Virus record (IMG/VR): IMGVR_UViG_3300013126_000016
Location: 1-64,000 of that record
DNA from: a virus
DNA length: 64,000 nt
Strand: one strand, 5' to 3'
Shown in pieces: positions 1-10,351 of the stretch (the stretch's first letter is position 1; every line of letters starts with the position of its first letter). The notes below the pieces were generated by a model. The model searched no databases, was not told the origin of the DNA, and was given only the letters and a program-made list of their open reading frames with translations. A program made the position numbers and the translations under genes.

Positions 1-3000
1 ATATCCTTTAACTGTAAAGCAACCTAGTAAACTATTATATCGATTACCTATAGAAAAAATAGGTTTTAATACATCACTATTTTTATATGGAACAGCACTA
101 TAATAAATATTTAAGTTTTCTTGGTACCCTACATACTCGAGAATGTTATAAAACATAGCAACTCTAGCACTACGAGTAAAAGGAATTACTTGAGTATCAT
201 AATAATTGTATTTTCTACCTTCTTGATACGCTAAACACTTCATAGCATCGCTAATAAATTCTGTTCCTTTATAATAATTCAAGTTTTTATTAGTTGCTTC
301 AGCTCTAGATGCAATTACGGTATCTACTATAGCGTCATTAGATGAGTTCTCACAAGCTCTTCTAAATTGACCATAAAAATTATTAAAAGGAGAACCGCTA
401 TCTTTTACACTTTGACTATTTCTATAATTAGGTTGAGAACTTATTGAAACAGGATTAGCACCACTTAAACTTTCATTATAAGTTCTATGTAAGGTAACCG
501 TAGCATTGCCAAGATTACTTCTTAAAAAATAATCTCCAGGTTCTATCTCATCAAATATTATAGGTTTAATACTAGCCCCACCTACAGTCCCACTCACAGT
601 TATTGAATCATTTGTACTATTATTAACTAATTGAAAGTCTCCAGTACTATCATTTTTGTTAGTTACTCTATAAACAGTGTTTACATTTATTCCACTTAAA
701 CTTCCTATAGACCTAAATCTTATTTTTAAGTCGTTTCTAATAAAGGTATTAGCTGCTGTTCTAAATAAAGAAGGGGTACCTGTTACTTGTGTTATTGCTA
801 GGCTACTATACTCAGCTGATACTGCGCCTTGTCTATCTCTATATATTCCAAAAGTTACTTGTTGACCTGTTCTATACAGTTGAGAATAACTATAATTAAA
901 AAACATTTCATCTGCTTCCACACACAATGTAATGTCATTATTGTTACCTACTCCAAATATTCCAAGACTCAATCCCCTATCATAGCTACTCATTTCCTTT
1001 ATTTTTGTACTGTTGGCTTTATAGAGTATCACTCTCATTCCACCAGTTTCAGTAAAATTTTGCCAAGGGCTACTGCTATTACTATAGTTTACAGAAGTAC
1101 CATTTTGACTTGTTGCTAATTGAAACCCAGTATCAGAGATTCTTTTTACCCAATAACCTGTTATTGGATGATATCTAGTAAAGTTTACTAAATTGCATCT
1201 TTCACTATAAACTAAATAAACAAAATCAGTATTCTTTAATCCATGATTATTAGTTGTATAAAATGTAAGAGGTGAACCATTAACATTAGCAAGGTTAGAG
1301 CTTGTTAATGATATGCTTACTTCTATTTTTACTGCGTCTACAGTACCATTAAACATCCCTTTATATACTGCTCTATAAGAGTTTTGAGGTACTTCTTTAT
1401 TAACAGTTAAAATACTTCTAGGAGTTCCAGAAAATTGTATGTCAGTGTACTCAGACCTTTTAATAGTTGACCCTTCTACAACTCCTGATAAAGTCGTTAT
1501 AGGCTTATTTAACATAGCATTTTCATAAGAAGTAGCCAACTTTATACTAAAACCCCAGTTTACTTGTATGGCATAATATACTGCCCCGTTTGTTAATCCA
1601 TTTAACGCACCTTCGTAAACTACAGCATCTCCTGTTCTTAAATAATGTGATGTGTACCCAGGTAACCAGTCTAAATTTAAAGTGTCTGTTCCACTCAATC
1701 CATTTACTATTAATTTAGGATTTAATTCATCTAAAACTACTTCTGGTACTACATAAACATTACTTGTATTACTAGCTGCACTAAATTGTATGGGTATGTT
1801 ATTAACAGAGTTACTCAATGTACTAGCTAATTGAAAAGTAAAACTACTGTAATTAGGACTCATAACATAATAAGTTGTTCCACTAGTAAAATTAGTTATA
1901 GAACCACTAAAAATTAATTTTACTTTTTGTCCTACTAATAACTGATGGTCTAGTTCTGTTGTGAAAATAGCCGCGCTACTTGTACCGCTTGTTACACTTA
2001 CTACGTTTTGCACTGTTTTTGTAACAACAGGCATACAGTACCCTTTTAAACCGCTAGAATATCCGCTTATATGAATCGTTGTTATAGAGGTACCACCTTT
2101 AGTATATGAAATATTAAATCTAGTAGCATCAACAATAGAGCTAACGTAGTAAACACCTGGTGTAAGATTAGTAATCGATAGGCCAGCTGGAATTGTTACA
2201 TTATTATAGTTTATAGCTTTTCCTACTACTAAATAATGATCGGGTAAAGTACCTAAAATAGACTCAGTACCATCAGCTAAAATATTTCCTGAAGGCATAA
2301 ACAACCCAGCTTCTTCCCAAGTCAATCTATAACTCCTGTCTTGCAAACTATCACTCTGTAACATAAATACAGGACTTAATATATATTTTCTCTTCTCTAA
2401 ATCACTTAGTTTATTAAATTGACTTTTATGTAATACCCATGTAAAGAAAATGTCTTGTTTATCTCCTGTACTTAAAGGAGTTATATTCAATGCTAAAGGA
2501 GAATTACTAGAGGACACCAGAGTGTAATCTTTTGAAACATCCTCCCCTTTACAATTTCTGAATTTAACCCCATCAAAATGATCCTTCCTTACATAAAACT
2601 CTGGTATCTCTAACATAGTATCCCCATGGACACCTGTCATGTCCGCATCTACCAATCCTAACGCAGGAGTTATTGCATTATCAGCATTCTGTCTATCTAA
2701 ACACTCCCACACTAATACTGTATTTACTTGACTGATTACTACACTATGCAAAACTCTATCACCTGTGTTATACGTTAAGTTAGAGTTGTAGATTGGTAAT
2801 AAAGTATTAGTTCTAGTAGTTGTGTTATAAGGATTTCTTATATAAGTATTACCTGTGCCTCCATAAAGAGGGCTGCCCCCATTGCCATACTCTGGTCCAC
2901 CTTCTTCTACTACTATCCATCCAGATTGTCTCATAAAGTTTACAGAAGAGCCTTGTGTTACATTAACTTGCAGATTATTAAAGGCATCTTCATACGTATT

Positions 3001-3687
3001 AGCTATAGAAAAAGAGGTATTGTTTATCTTAATAGCATAATAAATTCTATTGAGAGTTAAACCAGAATTTCCTACTTGTGTACATCTTATCCTACTCCCT
3101 GTTATTAGATTGTGATTACCTCTAGTAAGTAAACTGTACGTGTAAGAATAATTTGGAGATTGATCTAAACCATTAATCTGTAGCCTTGTAATCGCTTGTT
3201 TTCTTTGATATCCAATATCTGTATTTACTGGATTAGTCGATATTGTAAAGGCATTATTACCGGAAAAATCACATATAATCCTTTCTAATGTTCCAGCTAT
3301 TTTGCCTACTGTAGGATTAGTTTGACCACTACTTGTAAATCCAGCCTCACCTCGAAACGTAGTGGGATCCAAAGTTATATAATAATAAACTGTTCTGTCT
3401 TCCCACATGTTGCATACTTTTACATAACTATTAGCTGTTAAGTCTGGCTGAAATTTATATCCACTACTACTAGTTATTTCAGTGTTAGAACCTACATATC
3501 TATAATAACCATCATTAGATTGTTCATAGTAAGTATCATTTTCTTGGTTCCATATTAAAGGACACGATAATTTGGCAGACTCGCAGGTAGTTGCTATGCT
3601 ACTAGAACTAATAGCTGCTATTATATTAGGTTTTTTTAATACTAAGTCAAAACTTTGTGAGCTAGATCCAAATCCAAATGTAGGCAT
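1..3687 (-). CDS. Large virion/tail (fibre-like) protein, 3' end runs off the window start; absent from the ORF track
   Basis: ATG at 3687 (MPTFGFGSSSQSFDLVLKKPN...). The frame was open at both ends where I read it, ending ...IFSIGNRYNSLLGCFTVKGY at position 1. Repeated beta-rich modules such as NHNLITGSRIRCTQVGNSGLTLNRIYYAIKINNTSFSIA resemble those in phage tail proteins. Confidence 0.75.
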   Translation of the reverse strand, partial: MPTFGFGSSSQSFDLVLKKPNIIAAISSSSIATTCESAKLSCPLIWNQENDTYYEQSNDGYYRYVGSNTEITSSSGYKFQPDLTANSYVKVCNMWEDRTVYYYITLDPTTFRGEAGFTSSGQTNPTVGKIAGTLERIICDFSGNNAFTISTNPVNTDIGYQRKQAITRLQINGLDQSPNYSYTYSLLTRGNHNLITGSRIRCTQVGNSGLTLNRIYYAIKINNTSFSIANTYEDAFNNLQVNVTQGSSVNFMRQSGWIVVEEGGPEYGNGGSPLYGGTGNTYIRNPYNTTTRTNTLLPIYNSNLTYNTGDRVLHSVVISQVNTVLVWECLDRQNADNAITPALGLVDADMTGVHGDTMLEIPEFYVRKDHFDGVKFRNCKGEDVSKDYTLVSSSNSPLALNITPLSTGDKQDIFFTWVLHKSQFNKLSDLEKRKYILSPVFMLQSDSLQDRSYRLTWEEAGLFMPSGNILADGTESILGTLPDHYLVVGKAINYNNVTIPAGLSITNLTPGVYYVSSIVDATRFNISYTKGGTSITTIHISGYSSGLKGYCMPVVTKTVQNVVSVTSGTSSAAIFTTELDHQLLVGQKVKLIFSGSITNFTSGTTYYVMSPNYSSFTFQLASTLSNSVNNIPIQFSAASNTSNVYVVPEVVLDELNPKLIVNGLSGTDTLNLDWLPGYTSHYLRTGDAVVYEGALNGLTNGAVYYAIQVNWGFSIKLATSYENAMLNKPITTLSGVVEGSTIKRSEYTDIQFSGTPRSILTVNKEVPQNSYRAVYKGMFNGTVDAVKIEVSISLTSSNLANVNGSPLTFYTTNNHGLKNTDFVYLVYSERCNLVNFTRYHPITGYWVKRISDTGFQLATSQNGTSVNYSNSSSPWQNFTETGGMRVILYKANSTKIKEMSSYDRGLSLGIFGVGNNNDITLCVEADEMFFNYSYSQLYRTGQQVTFGIYRDRQGAVSAEYSSLAITQVTGTPSLFRTAANTFIRNDLKIRFRSIGSLSGINVNTVYRVTNKNDSTGDFQLVNNSTNDSITVSGTVGGASIKPIIFDEIEPGDYFLRSNLGNATVTLHRTYNESLSGANPVSISSQPNYRNSQSVKDSGSPFNNFYGQFRRACENSSNDAIVDTVIASRAEATNKNLNYYKGTEFISDAMKCLAYQEGRKYNYYDTQVIPFTRSARVAMFYNILEYVGYQENLNIYYSAVPYKNSDVLKPIFSIGNRYNSLLGCFTVKGY

Positions 3688-3806
3688 ATTAATTCTCTTA
3701 CTTGTTAATTTCTTTATATACTATCAATTTACTTTTTAATAAGGTTACTTAGAAGATAGCCGCGCGGCTTAACATTTAAAGTAGTACCTCTACTACTTTT
3801 TTTGTT

Positions 3807-4070
3807 ATGCCTAATACTAACCTTAAACCTGGTTTCGTCTACTTCATCGGCGATATCTACGCTAATAAAGTCAAAATAGGCTACTCTAAAAACCCTCATG
3901 GCCGCCTCAAACAAATCTCCACCACCTATCCCGGTAAACTTACTCTCCTTAAATGCATTCCAGGCTCTATTAAGGACGAACGCCTCTATCATAAACTCTT
4001 CTGCCACTCCCGCATCTGCCGTGAATGGTTTACCCTAACCGCTGATATCTCTCACTTCATTAACCGTTAA
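3807..4070 (+). CDS. GIY-YIG family protein (T5orf172/Mug113-like)
   Basis: GFVYFI...KVKIGYSKNPHGRLKQI...E..H..F...REWF pattern. Confidence 0.8.
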   Translation: MPNTNLKPGFVYFIGDIYANKVKIGYSKNPHGRLKQISTTYPGKLTLLKCIPGSIKDERLYHKLFCHSRICREWFTLTADISHFINR

Positions 4071-5113
4071 TGAATCTTATCTCTATGAACTCCGCCACTT
4101 ACTCCGCCACTTACTCCGCCACTTACCCCGCCACTAATAACTCTAAGCCTAAGATTAACTTTCCTAGGCTAGAGGCTATTAAAAAACTAAAATCTAGTAT
4201 CTCTACTAGAAACCGCTCTACCTCAGATTTTATTAAACCTAACGGCCGCAGCGCAGACTTTTGCCTCTCTATCGCTTATGGCTGTCTTCTTGGTTGCTCT
4301 TATTGCTATGTACAACGACATAACTTAAACGGCAACCCGCTAACAACCTATTCAAACAAAGACGAACTGTTCGTCGCAATCCTTAAGCACCATAACCTCC
4401 TTTTTACTCCTAAACCTCCTACTTTTAAACCCTGTGATTCTAACTATCCCTCCGGTGAATCTGACGTAATCAACTACACCTACGATGTTGGAGAATCTTC
4501 TGATGTTTTACTTAGAGTAATCTCCCCTGACCTTAACTGGTGGCTAACTAACCTAATAAATGTACCCTACCTTAAACCTACTTTTGCAACTAAAATCTCA
4601 ACCCCCGTTGCTATCTCCCGCTTAATAGACTGTCCTATACCTCGTAAAGCACGTATCCGCGCTTCTGTAGCCCCACAGAACATCATAGACCAAACAGAAA
4701 TTATGACTGCTAAAGTAACAGACCGTATAGCTGGTCTTAACTTAGCCTACGAAAAGGGTTATGAATGTCATCTCAACTTTAGTCCTATCATAGTAACCCC
4801 TACTTGGGTTGAGGATTACTCTAATCTCATGATTCTATTAGATGAGTTATTATCTCCTAAAGTAAAAGAACAACTGCACTGTGAGGTTATATTCCTAACC
4901 CATCACACTGCCCTCTCTAACTGGAATGCCAAAAACTTCCCTTTAGATAGCGAATCCCTACTTTGGACTCCTGAAAACCAGGAATTTAAAACCAACGGGC
5001 GCGGCTACGATGTTAAACGCTATAAGTGGCAACTTAAATCCCGTTATATCTCTACTTTTAAACAACTCTTGTCTAAATATATGCCTTACTGCACCATCCG
5101 TTACATCTTTTAA
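4070..5113 (+). CDS. Spore photoproduct lyase family radical SAM protein
   Basis: CxxxCxxC motif GCLLGCSYCY preceded by KPNGRSADF; YDVGESSD, FATK, RIRAS, HLNFSPII, EVIFLTH and a terminal IRYIF match the SplB-like family. Confidence 0.85.
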   Translation: MNLISMNSATYSATYSATYPATNNSKPKINFPRLEAIKKLKSSISTRNRSTSDFIKPNGRSADFCLSIAYGCLLGCSYCYVQRHNLNGNPLTTYSNKDELFVAILKHHNLLFTPKPPTFKPCDSNYPSGESDVINYTYDVGESSDVLLRVISPDLNWWLTNLINVPYLKPTFATKISTPVAISRLIDCPIPRKARIRASVAPQNIIDQTEIMTAKVTDRIAGLNLAYEKGYECHLNFSPIIVTPTWVEDYSNLMILLDELLSPKVKEQLHCEVIFLTHHTALSNWNAKNFPLDSESLLWTPENQEFKTNGRGYDVKRYKWQLKSRYISTFKQLLSKYMPYCTIRYIF

Positions 5114-5293
5114 TGTACTTTTACCTTTAGAGTTCTATAAAAAACTCTAAAGGTATATCTGTATATCTATTAAAGTACCTGTAAAAAAGATTAAAAAAAG
5201 AAGTTAGTTTTTCTAAGTAGCGTTAAGCAATTCCCCTCTTAACGCTTTTTCTATCTTCTGTTACTTTAGTTTTAGTTTACTTCTTTTATTTTT

Positions 5294-6703
5294 ATGACTC
5301 CTTCTATAGTTAGCAGACTTGAATTCAATCCCTCTACTTTTCTTAAAAATCTTAAAAGCATTTACTTCCCTGATAAAAAAATTCCTATCGGTAACGCTCT
5401 TAAATACATATACCTTGAACAAGTTACTTCTTCTGAAGCTTTACTAGTGTGTTACATAGGACAAGGGTGGTTTTCTGTCAGATTAGATTGTGTTGGGTTT
5501 ATTGGTACTTGTTACCTATTTGATGGACAAGATGCTTTGGATAGATTATCTAAAAGTCTTTCTGCTATTAAAGATAGCCCCGCGCTTCAATTCTTCCAGA
5601 CCCCTAACTCTAAAATGTCTGTTAACTTTGTCTTCCCTAAATCTAAATCTAAAAGCAATATTGCTATCAATACCTATAACAACGATTACTCTGATTTTAC
5701 TGAACCTTGGTTAACCAACTCCTCTCTCCCACTCTCTCAACTTATTCCTATCCCTAAATCTTCCCTTAAATACTTTACCTCCGGCCTCCGTATCGCTAAC
5801 TCTTTCTCTTCTCTCTCCTCTGATACCTTCGAAAAACCTGTTTGGCTCTGGTCTATTGACTCCTCCCTTTGGCTCGTTTGCACCGAAAAGTCCGGCATCA
5901 ATGGTGTCTCCCTTCTCTGCATCAAATTATATGACTGCACTTTTAATACCTTTAACATAGGTATAATGGGTAAGCAATTAATAAAGTCTGCTTACTTATT
6001 CTTTTTGTTTAATGAAATATCGTTGTGTTTAAATAGTGAAAACCAGTTCATTATTAAATCTGAGGAGTCTATGGCTATTCTAACTACTTTTAATCCTAAT
6101 CTTTATCCTGTCTATTCTAAAGGCTTTCAGAACTTTTTTATAGACCGCTCCCCTAATAACTTTCTCTGTCATCTTACTTTCTTTTTAGAAGACTTAATAA
6201 CTGCTGTTACTCTTTCTAGTCCTAAAAGTAATGATCTCAGCAACGATATTGTTCTAGAACTCTCTGATAGTCGTTCTAGTTTTATTCTTTCTAAAAGAGC
6301 TGATGCTACTAAACTAGAAAAATCTGAAATAGAAGTAGTAGATATGTTAGGCTCTCAGCAATGGGTAAATGTTGTTTTGTGTCATACTTATCTTTTACAA
6401 GCTCTATTAGCTTTAAAGAATAATTATCTTAGAGAAGAAACCTCAGAAAGTAGCCCCGCAAACTTTGACCCCGATGATTTTGAACAATATTCCTCTGATT
6501 CCCCTGATTCCCTTGATTCCTTTGATTCCCCTGATTCTCCTGATTCCTCTAAAAAGCTAATTACCCTTACTCTTGATTCTTTTAGAGAACATTATGTCCT
6601 CTACGTTTCTTCTTCTACTTTTACTAATCCTTTAATTAATCGAGATTTTTGTGCAACAATAATTTGTAGACCTCTACAACCTGATTCTATCGATGACCAC
6701 TAA
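5294..6703 (+). CDS. Divergent DNA polymerase III beta sliding-clamp-like protein
   Basis: C-terminal third (LEDLITAVTL...DIVLEL...FILSK...KSEIEV...VVLCHTYLLQALLAL) parallels DnaN domain III; a clamp loader is encoded in the same window. Confidence 0.45.
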   Translation: MTPSIVSRLEFNPSTFLKNLKSIYFPDKKIPIGNALKYIYLEQVTSSEALLVCYIGQGWFSVRLDCVGFIGTCYLFDGQDALDRLSKSLSAIKDSPALQFFQTPNSKMSVNFVFPKSKSKSNIAINTYNNDYSDFTEPWLTNSSLPLSQLIPIPKSSLKYFTSGLRIANSFSSLSSDTFEKPVWLWSIDSSLWLVCTEKSGINGVSLLCIKLYDCTFNTFNIGIMGKQLIKSAYLFFLFNEISLCLNSENQFIIKSEESMAILTTFNPNLYPVYSKGFQNFFIDRSPNNFLCHLTFFLEDLITAVTLSSPKSNDLSNDIVLELSDSRSSFILSKRADATKLEKSEIEVVDMLGSQQWVNVVLCHTYLLQALLALKNNYLREETSESSPANFDPDDFEQYSSDSPDSLDSFDSPDSPDSSKKLITLTLDSFREHYVLYVSSSTFTNPLINRDFCATIICRPLQPDSIDDH

Positions 6704-6878
6704 TCGCTTCCGCTATCCTGAGTACTTACATTGGAATTCTCTTATTCATTATTTACAAGTAAATGATGTACTTACTTATAAAAATAGTGAGGGAGAAACC
6801 AAACGTATTAAAATTGTGCAAATAGTTCAAGGAGTTACTGATTCTTATCCAAAGCTAGTCTACAAAATCTTAGATTAA
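6693..6878 (+). CDS. Hypothetical protein
   Basis: ORF tightly packed between its neighbours. Confidence 0.55.
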   Translation: MTTNRFRYPEYLHWNSLIHYLQVNDVLTYKNSEGETKRIKIVQIVQGVTDSYPKLVYKILD

Positions 6879-6882
6879 TACT

Positions 6883-7743
6883 ATGTCTCTACCTCCTACT
6901 TACTGTAAGCAACCTCATGACGTTATTGAATTTGACCGTTATTGTAATCATTGCGAACTTGGTCAACGATTACAAAAACATAACAAACGCGTTCTAGAAC
7001 TAGAACAAAAAGAAAACAAAACAAACAATGATACTGCTTATAGAAAAAAAGAACCTTTACTTTATAGCGTAGGGGGTGCAGGCCCTAACTTTTCTGACTT
7101 CTCCTCTATCCGCCTTATTATCCTCTCTGATTTCCCTGGCTCCTACGAATCAGACTCTAAAAACCTTTTCCCTATGGTCGATGTCCTTCGCGATCAAGTA
7201 CCTCGACGTAATGGTCTTGTTAAACGCCGCAATGCAGGCTCTATGCTCCGCTTTGCACTCCATTCTATGTACAACCTTGATACTTATCATGATTGTTGGA
7301 TAACTAACACACTTAAATGCACTCCTATGGATACTACTCCACTAGAAAGTAAGCATGTAAAACCTTGTGTAACTAAGTGGTTATCTAATGAGTTTTATCT
7401 TATAGACCAATACTTACCTAACATTCCTTTACTAGTGGCTGGTAGTCTTGCTTTTAATTCTTTAAAGTTTTTCTATAAGGAAGATAGTGTTTGGTTGAAT
7501 AAATTGTCTTTTAAAGATAGCCGCCGCCGCTCTGACCTCAAAATAGGCCTCACTAAACGCCCTTTTGTCGTTACTTATAACCCCGCCGCTATCGCTCGCT
7601 CTGAACCTACTATCACCACCTCTTTTAAATCCTCCCGCAAACTCTCCCTCCCCTCCCATAATGAGTGGCTTTACCCCCCTCTCCCCGGTAGCCCCTTATC
7701 CTCTTTTATTAAAGACCTCTTTATGCTCTCTTCTTTCCTTTAA
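6883..7743 (+). CDS. Uracil-DNA glycosylase family 4-like protein
   Basis: CxxCxL Fe-S ligands, LIILSDFPG (motif A equivalent), AGSML, WITNTLKCTP, PC..WL..E, TYNPAA (motif B equivalent). Confidence 0.75.
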   Translation: MSLPPTYCKQPHDVIEFDRYCNHCELGQRLQKHNKRVLELEQKENKTNNDTAYRKKEPLLYSVGGAGPNFSDFSSIRLIILSDFPGSYESDSKNLFPMVDVLRDQVPRRNGLVKRRNAGSMLRFALHSMYNLDTYHDCWITNTLKCTPMDTTPLESKHVKPCVTKWLSNEFYLIDQYLPNIPLLVAGSLAFNSLKFFYKEDSVWLNKLSFKDSRRRSDLKIGLTKRPFVVTYNPAAIARSEPTITTSFKSSRKLSLPSHNEWLYPPLPGSPLSSFIKDLFMLSSFL

Positions 7744-7747
7744 TACT

Positions 7748-10351
7748 ATGGATGACTCTACCTTCTTAATCGAACACCCTTCTCAATTATCTTCTCACCA
7801 ATTTATTCCCCCTAATTCTATCCTCCAAGATGATTCCTATTTACAAGCTTACTTACGCACTAAACAGTCTCTCTTAAATCAACCTTTAATCGAATACCGC
7901 GACTATCAAGCTCAGGTTGCTGCTGTCCTCTCTTGTATTCCTCGCAATATTATCAACGGCAGTATGGGTATAGGTAAATCTCAACCTACTACTTGCTCTG
8001 TCTATACTCCTGATGGCCCTCAACTTATCGGTGACCTTAAACCCGGTGACTCTGTCTTTACTCCTGCTTCTACCTCTAGAGTCCTTTCTACCCATCCCCA
8101 AGGCCCTATCGATTTCTATAAGATTACTTTCTCCGATAACTCCTACACCTACTGCTCCCTCAACCATCTTTGGTCTATTATCCCTTCCCCTAGTAAACCT
8201 AGTTGTATTATGACTACTAAAGAAATAATACAACACATCTCAAACCGCAAAAATCCTCCTCTTTATATTCCTCTAACACTAGCAGTTCCTTTCCCTAATA
8301 AACCTGTTCCCATCCCTCCCTATCATCTAGGTTGTTTGTTAGATAATCCAGACTGCTTTAAAACTCTTTGCCTCACCATTGACTCTCTCTATAATTCTCT
8401 TCACTCCCTTGGTATTAACCTCTCTAGACTTTCTTCCTTTTCTATCCCTAAAATTTACCTCTTTAACTCTGTTGATGTAAGACTTAATCTCTTACAAGGT
8501 TTATTAGACTCTAATAGCTCTTTTACAATAGTTAATAAGAATATAGAGTGTATTAACTATTTTGTAAGTAGTTCTAGTAGTTTAGCAAAGGATATACAAT
8601 TTTTAGTAGAGTCATTAGGGGGAACTTGTTTAATAGAGAGGAAGGGGAGAAAAACAGTTAGTGGAGGTTCTAGCATTTATTTTCAGTTAAGTATTAACTT
8701 ACCTAGAAATATTTGTCCTTTTAAGAATCCTCTAAAGTTAGCTGATTACCCAATGAATAACTTTTATAAGGTGTATCCTTATCAAAAGAATTCAGATACT
8801 ACTATTACTTATGCTAATAGGGCTATAAAGAAAGTAGACTATGTAGGTAAAACAGAATGTGTTTGTATAAAACTGGAAAACGAAGAAGGTTTGTACCTAA
8901 CAGATAGATTTATAGTTACTCATAATACTATTATTTGTTTGTTAGCTATTCAGGATATTTTTAATAACTTTGAAGGTAGCCCCGCGCCTGGCTCTGTCCA
9001 TATCCTTGTCCCCTCCCTTCTTTCCTCCAACCGCTGGTTGGAGGATTCCTCTTTTTTCCCTTTTAAACACCTTTTTCACCTTCTTACTTCTAAATCCTTT
9101 TCCCACTCCCTCTCTTCTCCTATCCTCCTCTATACTCACGACTTTCTTAAACTCACTCATCGTCCCTCTTCTTCTACCTACAGCTCTTTACTTAAATGGC
9201 TTTACCCCCCTCAGATAACTATTATAGATGAGGTACACCACTGTCAACCTAACTCTATCAGAACCAAACATATATCTTCTCTCATAGAAAACTGCCCCCG
9301 CGTCGTCGCTATGTCTGGTACTATTACTGAAGGTCGTCTTGCTGATGTTCATCACCTTTGCTCTTTTATTTATGGCTCAGACTGGCCTTTCTCTAATCCT
9401 TCTTCCTTTTGCTCTACTTTTGGCAGCTCCTCTTCCCTTAACCTTAACTACCACGCTAACTCTGATTCCACTAAAAGTAAAATCTTTAATCACCTTAACC
9501 CTTCTAAGTCTCTTCCTTTTAAGAATCTTTGTGACCATTATATCTATCGCGTTAATCTCTCTGACCCCTTTGTGTCCTCTTCTATAACTCTCCCCTCCCC
9601 TTCCCTCTCTGTTATCGGTATTCAACCCTCTAATGTTCAGTTGTCACTACATCAAGAGTACGTAGAGGGACAGTACAATAAGATTAAAGAAGTTGTTGAA
9701 GGAATAGAAACAGAAGGGGTAGAAACTGTAAAAACAAAAGCAGAGGCTTTAAGGTTAATTTATCCTTTAATACAAGTTAGTAATCATTGTGAGGATAATA
9801 ATAATAAACTAGAAAAGGTAATAGAGTTAGTAAAAGAATCAAAAGGTAAAGTAGTTATTTTCTGTGCTTATAACAAATCAGGTAATATTGTATCAACTAG
9901 ACTAAAAGAGGAATTAGGTTCCTCTGCTGTAGTCAGGTTATACAGTAAAGATGATTCCGAACAGATTAAAAAGCTTTCTGATTCTCAGCGTATGGTTGTT
10001 GTAGACCGCTTCCTTCATGACCCTGAAGTAAAAGTTGGTGTCTTTTCTATTAAATTAGCCGGCGAGTCTATTAACTTAACCTCCGCTAACTCTATTATCT
10101 ATTACTGCCTCCCTTGGTCTATTAAAACCCTCTCCCAATCCATCTACCGCGTTATCCGCCCTGGTAATCCTCATTCCTCTGTTAGTATCTATCTGCTTTT
10201 TAATCAAGGTCTCATAGATGAATATCAAGTTGCTCTAGCTCAAACTAAACTCACATTTAAACAAACTACTGAAGAGTTTAGAGTCGCTCCCCCTGTAGAG
10301 GATACCTCCTCTTATACCCCTTCTAATGTACTTAAACAACTTTTATCATGA
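7748..10351 (+). CDS. SNF2/SF2 helicase containing an intein (probable start ATG 7748, not 7565)
   Basis: Walker A GSMGIGK|T split by the intein; IIDEVH, MSGT, KVVIFC, GESINLTSAN, QSIYRVIRPG. Confidence 0.85.
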   Translation: MDDSTFLIEHPSQLSSHQFIPPNSILQDDSYLQAYLRTKQSLLNQPLIEYRDYQAQVAAVLSCIPRNIINGSMGIGKSQPTTCSVYTPDGPQLIGDLKPGDSVFTPASTSRVLSTHPQGPIDFYKITFSDNSYTYCSLNHLWSIIPSPSKPSCIMTTKEIIQHISNRKNPPLYIPLTLAVPFPNKPVPIPPYHLGCLLDNPDCFKTLCLTIDSLYNSLHSLGINLSRLSSFSIPKIYLFNSVDVRLNLLQGLLDSNSSFTIVNKNIECINYFVSSSSSLAKDIQFLVESLGGTCLIERKGRKTVSGGSSIYFQLSINLPRNICPFKNPLKLADYPMNNFYKVYPYQKNSDTTITYANRAIKKVDYVGKTECVCIKLENEEGLYLTDRFIVTHNTIICLLAIQDIFNNFEGSPAPGSVHILVPSLLSSNRWLEDSSFFPFKHLFHLLTSKSFSHSLSSPILLYTHDFLKLTHRPSSSTYSSLLKWLYPPQITIIDEVHHCQPNSIRTKHISSLIENCPRVVAMSGTITEGRLADVHHLCSFIYGSDWPFSNPSSFCSTFGSSSSLNLNYHANSDSTKSKIFNHLNPSKSLPFKNLCDHYIYRVNLSDPFVSSSITLPSPSLSVIGIQPSNVQLSLHQEYVEGQYNKIKEVVEGIETEGVETVKTKAEALRLIYPLIQVSNHCEDNNNKLEKVIELVKESKGKVVIFCAYNKSGNIVSTRLKEELGSSAVVRLYSKDDSEQIKKLSDSQRMVVVDRFLHDPEVKVGVFSIKLAGESINLTSANSIIYYCLPWSIKTLSQSIYRVIRPGNPHSSVSIYLLFNQGLIDEYQVALAQTKLTFKQTTEEFRVAPPVEDTSSYTPSNVLKQLLS
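7979..8926 (+). mobile_element. Intein (316 aa) with degenerate LAGLIDADG homing endonuclease
   Basis: Begins SQPTTCSVYTPDG...IGDLKPGDSV, ends CVCIKL...LYLTDRFIVTHN followed by Thr. LAGLIDADG remnants PYHLGCLLDN and LLQGLLDSNS. Confidence 0.9.

Noticed and set aside
1-3687. Apparent 3.7-kb ORF desert suggesting stop-codon recoding or non-coding DNA
   Set aside because: It is a minus-strand gene whose stop lies outside the window; other genes end normally on TAA, TAG and TGA
7565-7747. N-terminal extension of the helicase ORF
   Set aside because: Overlaps the UDG gene and is low-complexity translation of a C/T-rich tract; ATG 7748 fits better
7462-9625. Many short antisense or alternate-frame ORFs, here and across 24-35 kb and 46-62 kb
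   Set aside because: Shadow ORFs produced by extreme strand skew over well-supported genes; no recognisable motifs
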